Shown here: positions 15,101 to 28,632 of the stretch, piece after piece
Layout: each line of letters begins with the position of its first letter
Position numbering within the stretch: position 1 is the first letter of the stretch
Source of the DNA: Nymphaea colorata
Taxonomy: Eukaryota
Assembly (NCBI RefSeq): GCF_008831285.2
Contig: NC_045138.2
Span: 32,798,001-32,862,000, forward strand
Length of the DNA: 64,000 nt
Reading direction: 5' to 3'
Notes under the pieces: model-generated
Database searches by the model: none
What the model was told of the DNA's origin: nothing
The model's input: the letters and a program-made list of their open reading frames with translations, nothing else
Position numbers and translations under genes: made by a program

Positions 15101-18100
15101 TAAGCCCAAGGCTTAGGAAAATGATATCCGAGCTTGGGATCCACAATTTCCAGTTTATTCTGATGATGGAAATTAACGATTTCCACCTGCTATTCTCCTG
15201 TCTTAAACAGATGAAAAACAACAAGTTTTGTTGCTTTTAATTAAGGCAGTGAATGATAGTTTAAACTTTAAAGCTTCAAACTTTTCTCTCGTGCTTTCCA
15301 GATTTCCAACCTCAATAATGTCCAGTTTACCATTTTACTATGCTTTAAGCAGACAAACAACAATTATATTGAACTGATCTAAATTTCAAAATGGAACCAT
15401 CCATAAAGTTGCAACAGAAACAAGTCATTACCCAATATTATTGGCAGACAATATAGTTTGTTTTCCTAGTACTGGTGGTTCCTGTCAAAAGGTGGCCACA
15501 TCAGTAGGCAATAGAAGCAGCCGGATAAAAAAATATATGATAAAAACAGAAGGGTTCATAAATGGAAGAAACTGGCTTTGACAATATTGGCTTTTTAACT
15601 TAAATGGAAAGTCTAAATGTCTGCGTTTCTCTACAGAGAAATGTGTTGCCATTCAGGGTAAATAATATCCTTCCCATGGCATCCATCATATTTAACAAAG
15701 AGGAAAGAAATAGATAAACAGTAGCCAATATATTCATATGCATGAAGGTAAGCACGTGCTCAAAATCAAGGCAGATGAAGTGCCTTCACCAACAAATACA
15801 AATTTACAAGAAAATCAAGATTTGTAACATTTATCTTTATCATTTCCCTTTTTAATATAAACTACCAAAGAAATCAGAAGAATAAATATATTTTTCCTAA
15901 TGCTGAAGGGAATATCTATTAAAAAAGCGAAGACAACTTTGAACAACTCTGCGGAAGTCAGAAAACAAGAAGACCAGAATACAGGACCAAACGAGAAGAC
16001 TATCCAGACCCAGACCTTCTAACAGCTTTTCTTCTTTGTTATCTTATGCCATGGTATCACAGACATCTGGCTTTGTAATTCAACATTACGACAAACATCC
16101 TACTTTCGATAAACTGGTCATATGTTCAATCTGTACAATGATGTGATTCCTCATGACTATATGCAACAAGAAGAGCTCTCCATGAGCATGGCATTACTTT
16201 TTTTCTCCTTCCAAGGTGCTACATGCAGTTTATTGTTGACAAGCTTATGCGTTGAAAATCTAGAATCCTGCCTAAGTTTCTTCTTCTGGTAGACCCTCCT
16301 GTCAACCAGTCACTCAGAAATTGATTGGACATCCTTATTTCTACTTTTTTCCATCAACGCCATTTTGTCCTTGCTCTAATATTAATGAAATTTATGGCAC
16401 ATTACAAAAGTTAAACTAGATTTTTGTATAGAAGATTTCAAATGACTAATTGTAATAAAATGATTCCTCAAGAAAATTATATCAACCAGTGGCATGCACT
16501 TTTGACTTCATTATGTTTATAGTGAAAAAGAAAATCTAGCAAACAATACAGACAAAGCTTATCATGGGAAGCTTTTGGAAGGAACATTGTGTAATAGTAA
16601 AGCACATTATCTGCCAAACCTCGTACTCCTCAAATTCATGGCCTTCAATAATTACAATACTGGGAACATGGTTTGGAGGCGGCTGTAGGAATTCCTGTAC
16701 TTCCTCCCACGTCATTTTCACCTTCATTAGTGTGCTGTCAACATAAGGTCGCCTGTTTTTTGAACCAAAAGCTCTATTTCTCCTTTTATCTGGTGTCAAA
16801 TCAGAGGCATATTTGGTTTTACCTGCTATGTTATTCATAGACTTGGAATGGCAAAGGTTAACCAGGTCAATCTACTTGCCTGACGAATCATTGGCTGACC
16901 CAATGTTTGCTTTTGAAGAAATATAAGGGAGAGCTGTTACAACTTCCTTGCATCTGTCGAACCTACTTGAAACTTCCCCACCTGTATGTTTCTCAAGTGA
17001 CTGAACATCCTGTGAAGAATTAACCAAGAACAAGCATAGTGACCAATTAGCACCGCAGAACCTTCAACATTTGAATGTAAACTGTAAAAAGAAAAATCAC
17101 CAAAATCAACCTTAAGATATATGTCTTACGTACTATGTAGAAAACAACAAATCAAGTCAGAAGATACAGGTAGGATAAAAGAACAAATAAGAACTCTAAT
17201 GATAGGATATGGCTTGCTCCAAAATGGACAATTGACGCATGGTAGGAAAAACAAATGTCTGTGTGGAGCTTTAAGAACTGAACCTCAAAAATTTATGAAG
17301 AACTTTTATGAACATGCCAATGCAGCAAATAAGTGGTTCTTGTTAGAACTATCCAAACTCTACTAACTTTATGTTACATTATGATGGTAGGCCTTAAGAA
17401 CATGACTTGTATAAGTTAGTCGTCACTGTGATAGACTGCAAAAGCCCATTTTTCAGCTCAAATCATACAAGAAAGGACAATGAAGATGGTTGATGTGTGC
17501 TACAGGCTTTTCTCTTAGTTTTCATATAATTGTGTTGAACTGGTCCCGTTTGAGAGTTGAGTTCTCTCCTGTGATTTTTCATATAATTTTCTATTTCAGC
17601 CTTTCAGGTATGCCTTGACATTCATTGTACCAGCTGGTCTCATTTGAGAGCTGGTTTATGTTCAGTGAGCTTTGCATATCGTTTTCTATCTCAGGTGCTC
17701 CCCAGGGACACCTTAACATTGCCCTTTTCCTTTCTAGTCTATTTTAAGTCCCCAGACATCCAATGAACACAACAAACAAGGTGGTCTTCCCTGATTATAA
17801 GCAAAAGAAAACAAGAAAACATCTTATATCATCTACCTCCATAATTGAACACATGAAGGAAACATTCACATCATCTACCTCAAATGGTTGAACACACATA
17901 AAAGATTTGTATAACCATAACCACATGAAACAACGGTTATTAATGAACGAGTGGCACAAAAAGAAAATCAGCAATCCATTTATCAACCATAAACAGATTC
18001 ACATGCATTCCTGTGAGAAGAAAAAGGACTAGAGATAAATTTTTAACAGCATGGCATACCCAACATGAGAGCACAGGTAGATCACTCTACATCATTTTCA

Positions 18101-21100
18101 CTGGCATATCATTTAAGTTTTAACCATATGGAACAACATGAAAAGCAAATAGCTAAAAGATGCTGCTATCAAACATTACAAACCTGATCTGATACAGAAC
18201 TTGATGCCTTCCTGAATCCCATCAGTAGCTTTCCTTCAGGATCTATCCGACTGAAAGTTACTGAAGAGGCATGATGAAGAACTCTTAGCACCAAGGGAAT
18301 AGATTATATATGTAAAAGGCATAATGTGCTGGAGAAAATTCATGGAAAGTAAAAAAGGAAGTCAAATGCCACTTGTATTTTCAATAGCATAAAATAGTCA
18401 CCCATACGAACTGCCATGAAAAGGGAAAATGGCACAGAAATTGGGTTTGAAGCTTTGCCAACCCGTGAAGTTGGAAGACTTGAACAGAAATCACAATCAT
18501 TTGCTGATTTATTTGCAAAAAAAGGTAACTCAACTTCAGAAAGTGTAAATTTAATGAGACATACAAGGATGATTAATGATTAAGAGGCTTCTTAGTTATT
18601 TGCATGCCAAGCATTGCATGCACAAGCAAGAAGAAATGACCAGGCTGCAGACGTTACCTATGTCTCCAGCTTGCAGTTGCATAGACTGAATGCATGATGT
18701 TACACCTTCCAACACATACATCCTACTGTTATTATTTGGCCAAAATCGAAATTGAAATACCCAATCCTTTCCATTTGCATCCTGAATCCTAAGAGGCAGT
18801 CCTTCAGGATGAGAAATTGCCGGGAAGTACGTCTGTTCAAGATTAAGAATTGCATAAGAATAAAGCATATGAGTGTACCAGAAACCAAATTTAATTGAAG
18901 GAAGTCCAAGGAAGAAAGCAGCCTTAAACAAGTTAGACGCCCGAGTATATGGCAAAACAAGAGGACGAAAAAGTCTAACATGGTCTTAGTTTCAGAAAAG
19001 AGAACAATAAAAATTTCAGCAACGTACCTCTGCACACTTTTTTGGCAGCACCAGGCGCCCTATCCGTCCTGCATCACTAGCACTCAATGTTTTCTCAAAT
19101 AAAGGGGTGATAATTGAACTTGAGCTTACGAAAGGTCAAGGATCACATGGAGGACTTGGATTCACTATAATATCAACAAATCAAGTGCAAATTTTGGAGT
19201 GAATCAATCACTCCAAGCAAATATGCTTTATGGTACAATTCTCAAACTACGTAGAAGTGGATACTCTCCTGATATTTTCTGAAGATCCTGATTGCTGATC
19301 CTTGGCCAATATCTAGAAAGGATAGACTGATTTCTTGCCAGTCCTTTGGTGCGATGCCTTGCCATGGTGGCCTGAGTTTTTGCCTCTTTAGAAAAGTCCA
19401 GTCCAGTATGAAAGCTGGAAGGATATTCCTGTTGCAACATAGAAGGCCTCTGTTCACGTGCATGAGATCCAGAAGGCTTGCTTGAATCCCTTGCTTCATT
19501 GTCCTTCAGAGAAGCAGAATGTTGTGTTACATTTTGGCATGAAGCAGATGATTCATGTTTTTGACCATCAAGAGATTTCTTGATTTCAAGCTCATCTATG
19601 ATCATGTTGCTTTCAGTTTCATGGCTCTTTCTTCCTTCCACATGCTTAGTATCCAGCAACCCTCCTATATTATCTTGAACTGATGCACCTAAAGGACTCC
19701 GCACATTAATTTCTGAATTCCCAACGTCAGTCTCGTTCTGTGCAGGGAACTTGAAGTTACCACCTGCTTCCTTTTGAAATACATTTTGGTTCTCAACAAA
19801 GCAGGTAAATGCCTGCTCCAATTCTAGGAGCTTCTCACCTACCTTTTCCGTTCTAGGATACTTCACCATTGAACATGAGTTGGAATTCCAAGCTAAGGAT
19901 TGCAAAAGCCCAGGAGATTGCTGTACCTGCGCAAGCCCAGAATTTGGCACCGGAGCCTGACTCCATTTTTTTGTATATTGATCTGTTAAACCGTCAACGG
20001 AAGGTAGAGGAGATAACCAAAAAGGCGGCTTTAACTGATTTGATGCCCAGCAAGCAAATTGATGAAAAAATGATAGAACAGAAACAAATTATAAGTAAAG
20101 CATCTAAAAGAATGGGAAAATTTTTTGTACAATCCATGCACTCCAGAAGCAAATCTTTCAGTATATCACAAAAACCAACTAGCAATAGCCTATAGAGGAC
20201 ATGCTGATTTTCTAGAGGTGAATTTTTTCCCCAAAAAATCAGATCATTCTTCCCAGGATGTCTGGGGCATAAATCTTATTGGGCTTCCAGCTAATGATGA
20301 TAAAATCCTATGGAAGTTGCTGAACGAGAGCTCATTGCTGCATCCAAGTGGCAGCTGTGGAATTAGCAGTCAAGCATACAGCCCAAAGACATAAATGTGC
20401 TGCAATCATGTAACATCAAAATATATACGAGACTTCTTTTTTCCAACAATTAAAAAGCTTACTGCATTAAGCGAACTTGTCTTGGCACAAGAAATGCATT
20501 CTACTCCACCAGCATCCAGAAGCGAGAATGTATGAGCTGAAACGATGCACCCACAGTGTAAACGCTGGAATAAGAAACCTTTTGTTAAGGAAAGAAATTT
20601 TTTAAGTAATTCCAAAAACAATTTAGGGCTACAGTTTTTGACCTAATGGAACCTGAATGTATGTAACTGCATTCTAAAAAAAAGAATACAAGATGATGCT
20701 TGTGTTCTCAAGCATCACTACAGATATTAGTACAATTCATCAAAAAGTATAGCCAGTTCCATTTGCAGGTTCTTCAACTTGCTACACTTTGATGCATGAG
20801 AAATAGATCAAAGCATTTTCATATTTTTAACAAAGGGCAACTAAAGTTGGTGTTACATCCCAGTTTCTAACCTTTCCACATGTCTCACAGTTCCTCCACC
20901 CAGCAGCATCAAAATGAAAATCTTCACAAAACCTTAATTCATCATACGCAGAGCTACAAGATCAAAAGAGAGTTATCAACAGAATGTGGCAGAATATTGG
21001 TTACTGCTTCCTAAGTGATTAAAAGAAAAGAAGAAAAAACCAAAAACAGTTAACACCATGGAGATAAAGTTTTCAAAAGAGGTTAAAAAATGGACTATCA

Positions 21101-22772
21101 GTAAAGAAAATGATTCTGACGAAATTCTCTACAGAAAAAGCATCAAAAATAGGAAAAATATAATAGATCCACACGTAACATGAAATCCCTAAATGGTGTG
21201 AAAACATGGTAATATCCAAATCTAGCAACAGCAAAGGTTCATTAAGACGAAATCCTAAAAGATAAAACTCTTCTCTAGCGACCAACACTCGCTAGTGATG
21301 GATAGCTCTTCACAATCACCACTAACGGGCAAAGGTTCATTAAGGACAAGTATGACGTCTAACCGACTCCCCAGCGCTCGGCAAAAAAGGGGGTAGCCCA
21401 CCGATGCTCCATTCGGTCAGAGGAAAAACAGTGTCCCACTTTACAGGCCAGATGCAAAATTAAAAAGGTATTTCCGTCTACATGCATTTAAACAAATAAG
21501 AGACAGCTTCATTCTTTACAAAATTGGCCTAGAATGGGAAAAGAGAAACCGCATTTTCTACGCACCATTGCTTCATAACCAAGAAATGATCCATTTCGCA
21601 CCAAATCAAAAGAAAAGTGAAAGCTTCCACAGTAAGACATATAGCTTTTCGAATCTGCTCCAACGCCCAACACCCAGCACATTATCACCATCCACCGCAC
21701 ACCCCACGCATACAGACTCCGTAAAAAATTCACAGAAAAAAAAAGCCAGATCTCTATGTTTTTTCAAGCGGACACCGCTGTAATTCCACTGGAGAACATG
21801 AAAATAAATTGATTTTGGCATTCCTATGCAGTTCGCAAGAGAATGCATAGGATGAAACTTAAGAGAGAAAAGTAGACCTCGTCTTAAGGGAGCCTACAAG
21901 TTGACCCCCTTTTGCATAGGGAAAATGTCAAAATCCGATAACAGTCTACGAATATCTAGCTATCGACACGTACATTTTTGCGAAAGATGTCGTGACGGGT
22001 CAAATCCAAGATTAAATCTAGCCCTTCAAAATTCTAACAGTTTCAGAGCGGACAACTTAGAGAAAACCATGTGATTCCAAAGGCGGGCGGCAAACTTGTT
22101 ACAAATTAACGAGAAAAATAGCTTGAAGAAAAATAAATTTCACATTTCTGGCGAATCACGATCCTCTGTACCTCGAGAAAATTTTATACACAGAAAATTC
22201 CAGCATCCATCAATTTAATCGTCCCAGCGAGGACGCGAAAAACTGTTTCAAGAACGACGGAGAGGTCTTCTTTACGCAATACCGGCTACAACTAACGCCT
22301 TCCTTCAGCGGTACTTTGAGGTTAGCAAATCCAAGCCAGAACGAAACACAGAAGCAGAGTAACGAATGAAGGAATGAGCAAGAAGCACGGAATCCACCTC
22401 TTCGAACTGAATCCTGTTTTATGTTCAAAGGATCGGACAATCCGCTGCCGTGACCGACAAAAGGAAGCGAGAAAACGCTCGTGAAGAAAGAAAGTGAGGC
22501 CGAAATCCACATCTCGCGAGCTAAATCGGCACCGATCAAGATACGGCACTGAGAAACCCACCAAGAACGACAGTTTCCTCCGCTGATCTCATAGCCGGAC
22601 AACGACCAGACCAAAAAGAACGAAATAAAGGAAAACGAACGTACCCGCAGCGGTCACAGAGCTCGGCCACGTCGCCGGACCTTAATCTCCATCCTTTCCA
22701 CCACCTCTCCGATGACGAGGCGCCACACTTCGGGTTGAAGCAGATCTTCGAGGAAGAGGAGGGCACGGCCAT
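12174..22772 (-). CDS. VAL: VAL/HSI2-like B3-domain transcriptional repressor (PHD-like, B3, CW zinc finger, EAR); exon 8 contains an in-frame TAG
   Basis: Phase-consistent exons: 22772-22645, 20953-20872, 20564-20463, 20034-19265, 19124-19028, 18832-18658, 18260-18184, 17009-16620, 15481-15432, 14536-14423, 13635-13571, 12949-12174 (942 codons). Motifs: [30 protein letters not shown] (PHD-like), [37 protein letters not shown] (LAV-family B3), [23 protein letters not shown] (CW), [26 protein letters not shown] (EAR). In-frame TAG at 16874-16872 makes full-length status uncertain. Confidence 0.88.
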
Positions 22773-25700
22773 CTCCTCCAACCGGAAACAACAAAAACCA
22801 GAACAAACTCTGAGCCCGCGACTAAAACACGCAACAACGCCGAGACTAGAAAAAGGAAAACGCAAACTTCTTGATCAATCTTCCGACAGAGCGAGAAAAG
22901 AGGGGAGAAGCATATGGTTTCAAGAGTCTAACTCGTGTATGTCTCTTCCTCCTCCTCCTCCTGCGTCTGCCGCCGCCGCCGGTGCTTCGGCTGCCCTCTG
23001 CTGGTTCGGTGCCGTCGTCTCCCTCGTTGCTGTCATTAATTCCCGTTACACCTTGGCATCTCATTTGCATGGCCCGCGAACGTCATGCAGGCACGTAACG
23101 CCCTTCCACACATTTCACACACGGACAGACGCTCACCCACCCAGCACTATTTCGTTGCTTCCTTTTTCCCTCGTAAATCTTCCCCTCATCCTTTTTCCCC
23201 CCCAAAATCCTCTCTCTCACACTTTCCCGCCCCCTTCTCTCTCGCTCGCCCTCGGTCGTTTGTCCGTTCTTCTCCGCCCTCCGGTCCGCTGCCGTTTTAT
23301 AAGTAGGTCTTCGCCTGGTCCCAGAACACTGAAATCGGCCCGTCGATTCCAATAAAATTACGAGACCGCCACTCCCTGTGCGAGTAGCCATAACAGATAT
23401 CTATCTGCACGTGGGTTTTTGAGGGGCGAATTCGGATAAGTCCAGAACTTCAATGGCTGGGGTCCATGGAGCCAATTAAATATGGGAGTCAAGATGGAGG
23501 TTGGATTCCATTTCCATGTGATAAAGAAACTCCAAAACCTCATCCTAAATTTAAACCGTTTTCACCTTTACTTTGTGTGAAGAATCTTCCAGAGTTGTAT
23601 TTCTCAGTGTCCATAAGAATCTAATTGACCATCAAGCTCTCATGAGCTCACAAACCCAACCAGTTAAAACTTAATTTAACGCTGACCCGATGACCCAATC
23701 ATCTGTTGATCCAAATCAGATTAATGAGTTTACCGACTATGAATGGAACAACATCGACTAAAAATTAGGGCGAAGCCAAGCCAAGCCAAGTAGAACTGGG
23801 AAGAACAGCATGAGGAGGGGCAATTGGGCAATATTTGGGCATCCGTTGGTCTGTTATGCAGGTAGTGCTCGCTTTGTGGAGGACGCCGCTGTTCTCTCGT
23901 CGTACGACCCCGCGCTTTCGTGCATGTATGTCAGCAGCACACCAAACACGAAGAGGCCAGGCCAGGCCACTCGTTGGTGGACTCCCGTAGGCGGACTCGG
24001 TGAAATGCACCGGGGCAAGTGAACGAGATGACTTACAATTCAGCGTCGTCGCGGGTTGATTAGTCTCGGCTTGGGAGGCCCCGCCCCATTCTTTTTGTAA
24101 GACAAAAAATCCCTGGAGTGGAGATTTTGAGCACCGGAAAGCTCCGACGTCGACCGGCTGGCCACGGTCACGAATCGGATCGGTTTGTGACGTGTGCGTC
24201 ACGGGAATGGTAGTACCGTCAAGACCGGGAACCAGCTAGCATGTCAAGGTCCTTTGGCAGAGCGGGTGACGTCAGATTGTGGTTGGTGACGTGGCGAGGA
24301 AGTTAGTGCACTCTTCCGTCCACGTGGGCGATGAGCGCGCGAGTCGAGACAAAAGCGCGGGGGAAGCATATCAAATGACAGGAAACCCCATGCCGACGAG
24401 GAATAGGATAGGAGTTCGAGTAATTTTCCCAAAACTACGTAAAACATTGGCTATTTACAGAAAAGTTCCTGTTCCCAACCTGCCCCGCCCCTAACTAAAA
24501 TTGGCTATCGCTTGCTTTTAGTTGCTGAAGAAACTATGAAACGCGCTGATGTTCGGTCACCGTACCTACTCCCACACCAACCTCGGGGGTTTTATTTTGA
24601 CCATTTTTATCCTACTTTTTATTAATTTTGGTTTTTGTCCTAAAAAAGATTTATGAGATATTTGGATGACTCCTTTATTTGAACCCGAAATCTTTAGTAG
24701 TTTTGAGTTTAGGGGAGAAGAGATGAAGAATTGAGAAAGTTGTCATCAACACCAGATGTATTTTATTGATTTGTTTCAACGCAAGAACTTTGAAAATAGA
24801 AACGAAAACAAGATTCTCTACTCCTTACTAAACCGCTGCGGTCTCCATCTTTCCTTCTCCACGTTTACCTCTCAAGAACATTTTAAAGAAATTCGTGGAA
24901 AGATTTAACGTTTCATTATTGGGGTACCATGAAATGATTTTTGCATAAAAGTACCGGGCCGAACATAATAATACAAATGTTTGGCCATCTTTGTATAGGC
25001 AGTTGACCTCTTTTTTAACTTCTTGGGAGCCTCGATTCCTACCAAACTACTCAAACTATGTTGATAAAATATTCCAAACAAATTTTTTGCATTCTTTTAA
25101 CTTTTCAGTAATTGAAAAGAAACCCATTAAATCTATAAAATTACTAGACCCCACCTGATATTTTTTTCTTCCTGCCCTACCCAGGTCGCTGCTGCACCTG
25201 ATTTTCTTTGGATATAGCCAAAGCAAGTTGGTTCTATGTTCGGTCCGAGTACAGTACATGTGTTCGGGTGCTCCAAGTTACAAAAAAAAATAGTCATTTT
25301 TGTAGAAGGCCTAGAGAAAATCCCTTCTATGAGGATAAGTGAAAAAATAAAAAAGCGTCTTTCACTTGAGGTATAAACAAGGTAGGCGAGGGTGTTGAAC
25401 ACGCTGGCTGCCAACACTCACCACCGTTTTCCATACATTTTTGCAACGGTGGAGTTTATCTCAGGACACCCCTCCACGTGTTTAACAAATATGACCACAT
25501 ATGGGACATGTTTTTTCTTTGCGGACAGAATGTCTTGTGGGGCTTTTTCAAGCACGCCTTAATTGTTATTACACAAACACAATTTTAATTAACGTAAAAA
25601 GAAGTCTTGAGGGGGCACAGTGTAATGGTTAAGTTGGCCGGTTAGTGAGAGTTTGCTTTCCTTGATACTATTTTTATAAATTAAAAGAGATGGTAGGCGC

Positions 25701-26536
25701 CATTGTCGAGTTGAAAGGAGTAATCATAAGTTCACTCAGGTTTCGTTGCAGCTCTAAATCTCATGATCTGAAAAAAAAATGAAAGGATATGGTCTCTCTC
25801 ACGCAAGTGGCGGGATTTTCTCTTGTTCACTCGAAATTAATGTAAAAAGAAAAAGAAAAAGATCACCTTTAGCCCTTAGGCATTGAATAGGCTTTTAGAA
25901 GGATTGAAATTACTGAATATGCTCTGAACTACGCTAACATATTTGATGTTCCCTTCTTTAATCAAACATGGTTGAAAATTTTCAGCAAAATATCATGCGT
26001 TACTGTTATGTCAAGGCCAAGGTTAAGGCCACCTCCACACTGCAAGCGAGCCAAATGGTATCTAAGGGCCACAGGCTTGCTTCTTAAAGAAAATACGGAT
26101 GAGTTCACTTCAAACTTTGGAAAAAATGGTCACCATCTTATAAGCACAACAGGTTGGACTCGATTACGAAGAACCTTTTTTTCTTGTGAAAAAGGCGATA
26201 TTCACATTGTTTGTTCTTTCCAGATGATGAAATACCATAAAAGTACGCGTGCAGCTATGGTGATCTTAAAATGTGTATACTTATTGCAGTCAAACTTTAT
26301 GTATAAGTTTGATTTGATATGAACTATTTGATAAAAGTGTTTTAGATCTCATCGTTCAGACATCAAACTAGGGAAAAAGAGATTGAAACAACGAGGGCTA
26401 TCGACTTGTCAACGTACAAAATTACTTACATCGGTACCAGGGTGTATATGATCTCTAAAAAGTTTATGTAGAGCTAAATAGCAAGCAATTGGATTGAACT
26501 TCTCTTAAGAGGTTGTAGATCCTCCTTGGAGCGCCT

Positions 26537-26571
<35 letters not shown>

Positions 26572-26864
26572 TAGAAAGCAATATGGAAGCTAATGTTGGT
26601 AATTATTCGAAGCCATTGTTCCAACATTTGCCCTGTCAAATTTCTGTGTGGAGAAGAAAAGGGCCCTCAGTTGTTTTTTGTTTATATTAAGAAGAAGTCT
26701 TAATAGTTCTTGGAAAAGCATTTAATGACCCAGACTTAAGAGTTTGAAGCCGTTCAGATTCAAGCTGGAGTTCTGGCGAATAGATTTAGTCCGTTTTCAA
26801 CTGATGAATTGAAATATGAAGAAAATCGGAACTTAGAACTTATTTAAGCGGATATGCCTCGTTT

Positions 26865-27047
26865 TAAGGGTGGGCATCCGGCCGGGCAGGGCCGGCCCAT
26901 TTAAAATTAAAAAAATAAATTTTTAATTATAAAATAATTTGTTTAAATATAAAATATATTTAATAATAATAAATATATATTATTTAAAAAATAAAAAAAT
27001 ATTTTTTTAAATCTAAACGGGCTGGCTCTGCCCATCGCCCAACCTTA
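26865..27047. mobile_element. hAT-type MITE, 183 bp
   Basis: TIRs TAAGGGTGGGC / GCCCAACCTTA; 8-bp TSD CCTCGTTT (26857-26864) vs CCTGGTTT (27048-27055); GC-rich subterminal ends, AT-rich core. Confidence 0.75.
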
Positions 27048-28015
27048 CCTGGTTTCAAGTCAGTTGGATCTTGATCGGGGGTGGGGCTAGAAATTTTTAG
27101 CTAAAAGATATTAGTAATAAATTTTAAATTTTTTAGACAATATCAGCATGTAAAGTTGTTGTAAATATGTCGACATAAAAATAAGTATTTTTTGTGGTTT
27201 TTGCTAATCTCATCTAAGGTTGTATGTCTGATGAAATTGATGACGATTCTCATACTACCCACTTGAACATGCTCTCACGAATTAAGATCCAGGTAGAAAA
27301 TCATTGCCAGCTTTGGTTTCAATTGGACGTTCATTTTATTAAAACGGAAGATGCATGTGTTTTCCTGATAAATGAAACAAAGTGCAAGAGTCCAAGTGAA
27401 AATTTATCATTTGTTTATTGTGGTATCCAGACTGGATAGTGATTGAGATGGGGTTTCATTGATATAATTTTGTAATATATGGGCAGACGTGAGTAACATG
27501 TACTGGGTTGTGTAATTGGCACCTAACTCTGCGGCTGCCAATGAAGTGTATCATGTGCAATCTTGTTAATTAATCAATTTCTCGAATCAAATCGTGTTGC
27601 TAAAAGAACACAAAGAGATGGCTGAATTTATTCGAATCCAAATTATCATTTTTGAATTGGAACTGCCAATGTAAGACAAAATTGGTTCTGGAGATTTCCT
27701 TTTTAAAGAAAAAAATAATAATGTTAGTATGACTTGATATTAAATTATACCCGTCAATTGATGAGTCACCAAAAAGAAAAGAAAGGGACGACAAGAAAAA
27801 GAAATGTTTAGGGGAGAGAATTGTTTCAAGAAGGATTTTAAAGTGAGCGAAGATACGGCCCAAATAGAAAAGAAACAAAAGAATAGCCCTCACGCAGCGG
27901 ACCACCATGTGCGCAATTGGGAGAAAGTTGCGAGAGATGATTGTGATGACGTTGATGGAAGGTTCAACCAGAATGCTTTTGGACAATATTACATGAGTGA
28001 TTCTAAAGAACTGTT

Positions 28016-28052
<37 letters not shown>

Positions 28053-28060
28053 TGTTTGGG

Positions 28061-28244
28061 CCATGGCCTAAATGAGCACAAGAAAAAAAAAATTATATTA
28101 AAAAAATCAAATTTTTTTAGTTTGACTCACCCCATCACTCTTCTTGGTATATATATGTTGCCTGAACCATGGCCCAGATGAGCACAGAAAAAAAAATTAT
28201 ATTAAAAAAATTAAATTTTTTTAGTTTGACTCATCCGATCACTT
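28061..28244. repeat. Imperfect ~107-bp-period tandem duplication
   Basis: ccatggcc..atgagcaca..aaattatattaaaaaaat..tttagtttgactca..atcact occurs at 28061 and 28167. Confidence 0.75.
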
Positions 28245-28632
28245 TTGGTCAGACCTATCACTGTGGTGTGTGAACCGTAACAAAAAAAAAACAGACGAAA
28301 CCGTGCAATGAGAAGAAGGCTAAAAGGCTGAAGATGTTGGCGTTGATGTTCCTACTCTTTAGGACGGCTGGTCACCGGCCGGCCGGCTGGCGGCAGCAGC
28401 GAGCAAAGGCCTTGTGTACTCCCACATATATCCTCCGCAGGCCGACCCCTTGGTTTCTGCATCTGGATAATTATTAAATCGCCCTATCATGGTATTCCCT
28501 TCGTAGCTTGTACCATGTTCACTTTTCTCATGTTTACGCCATTAGATTTTTGAGTTTTTCCAAACACGTGTTGGACTCCGTCAAATTAACTACTCAATGT
28601 TTTTTTAAGTAATATTTCATATGATAGTCCTG

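Noticed and set aside
22735..23355. 206-aa plus-strand ORF
   Set aside because: Antisense to the VAL leader and promoter; low-complexity translation.
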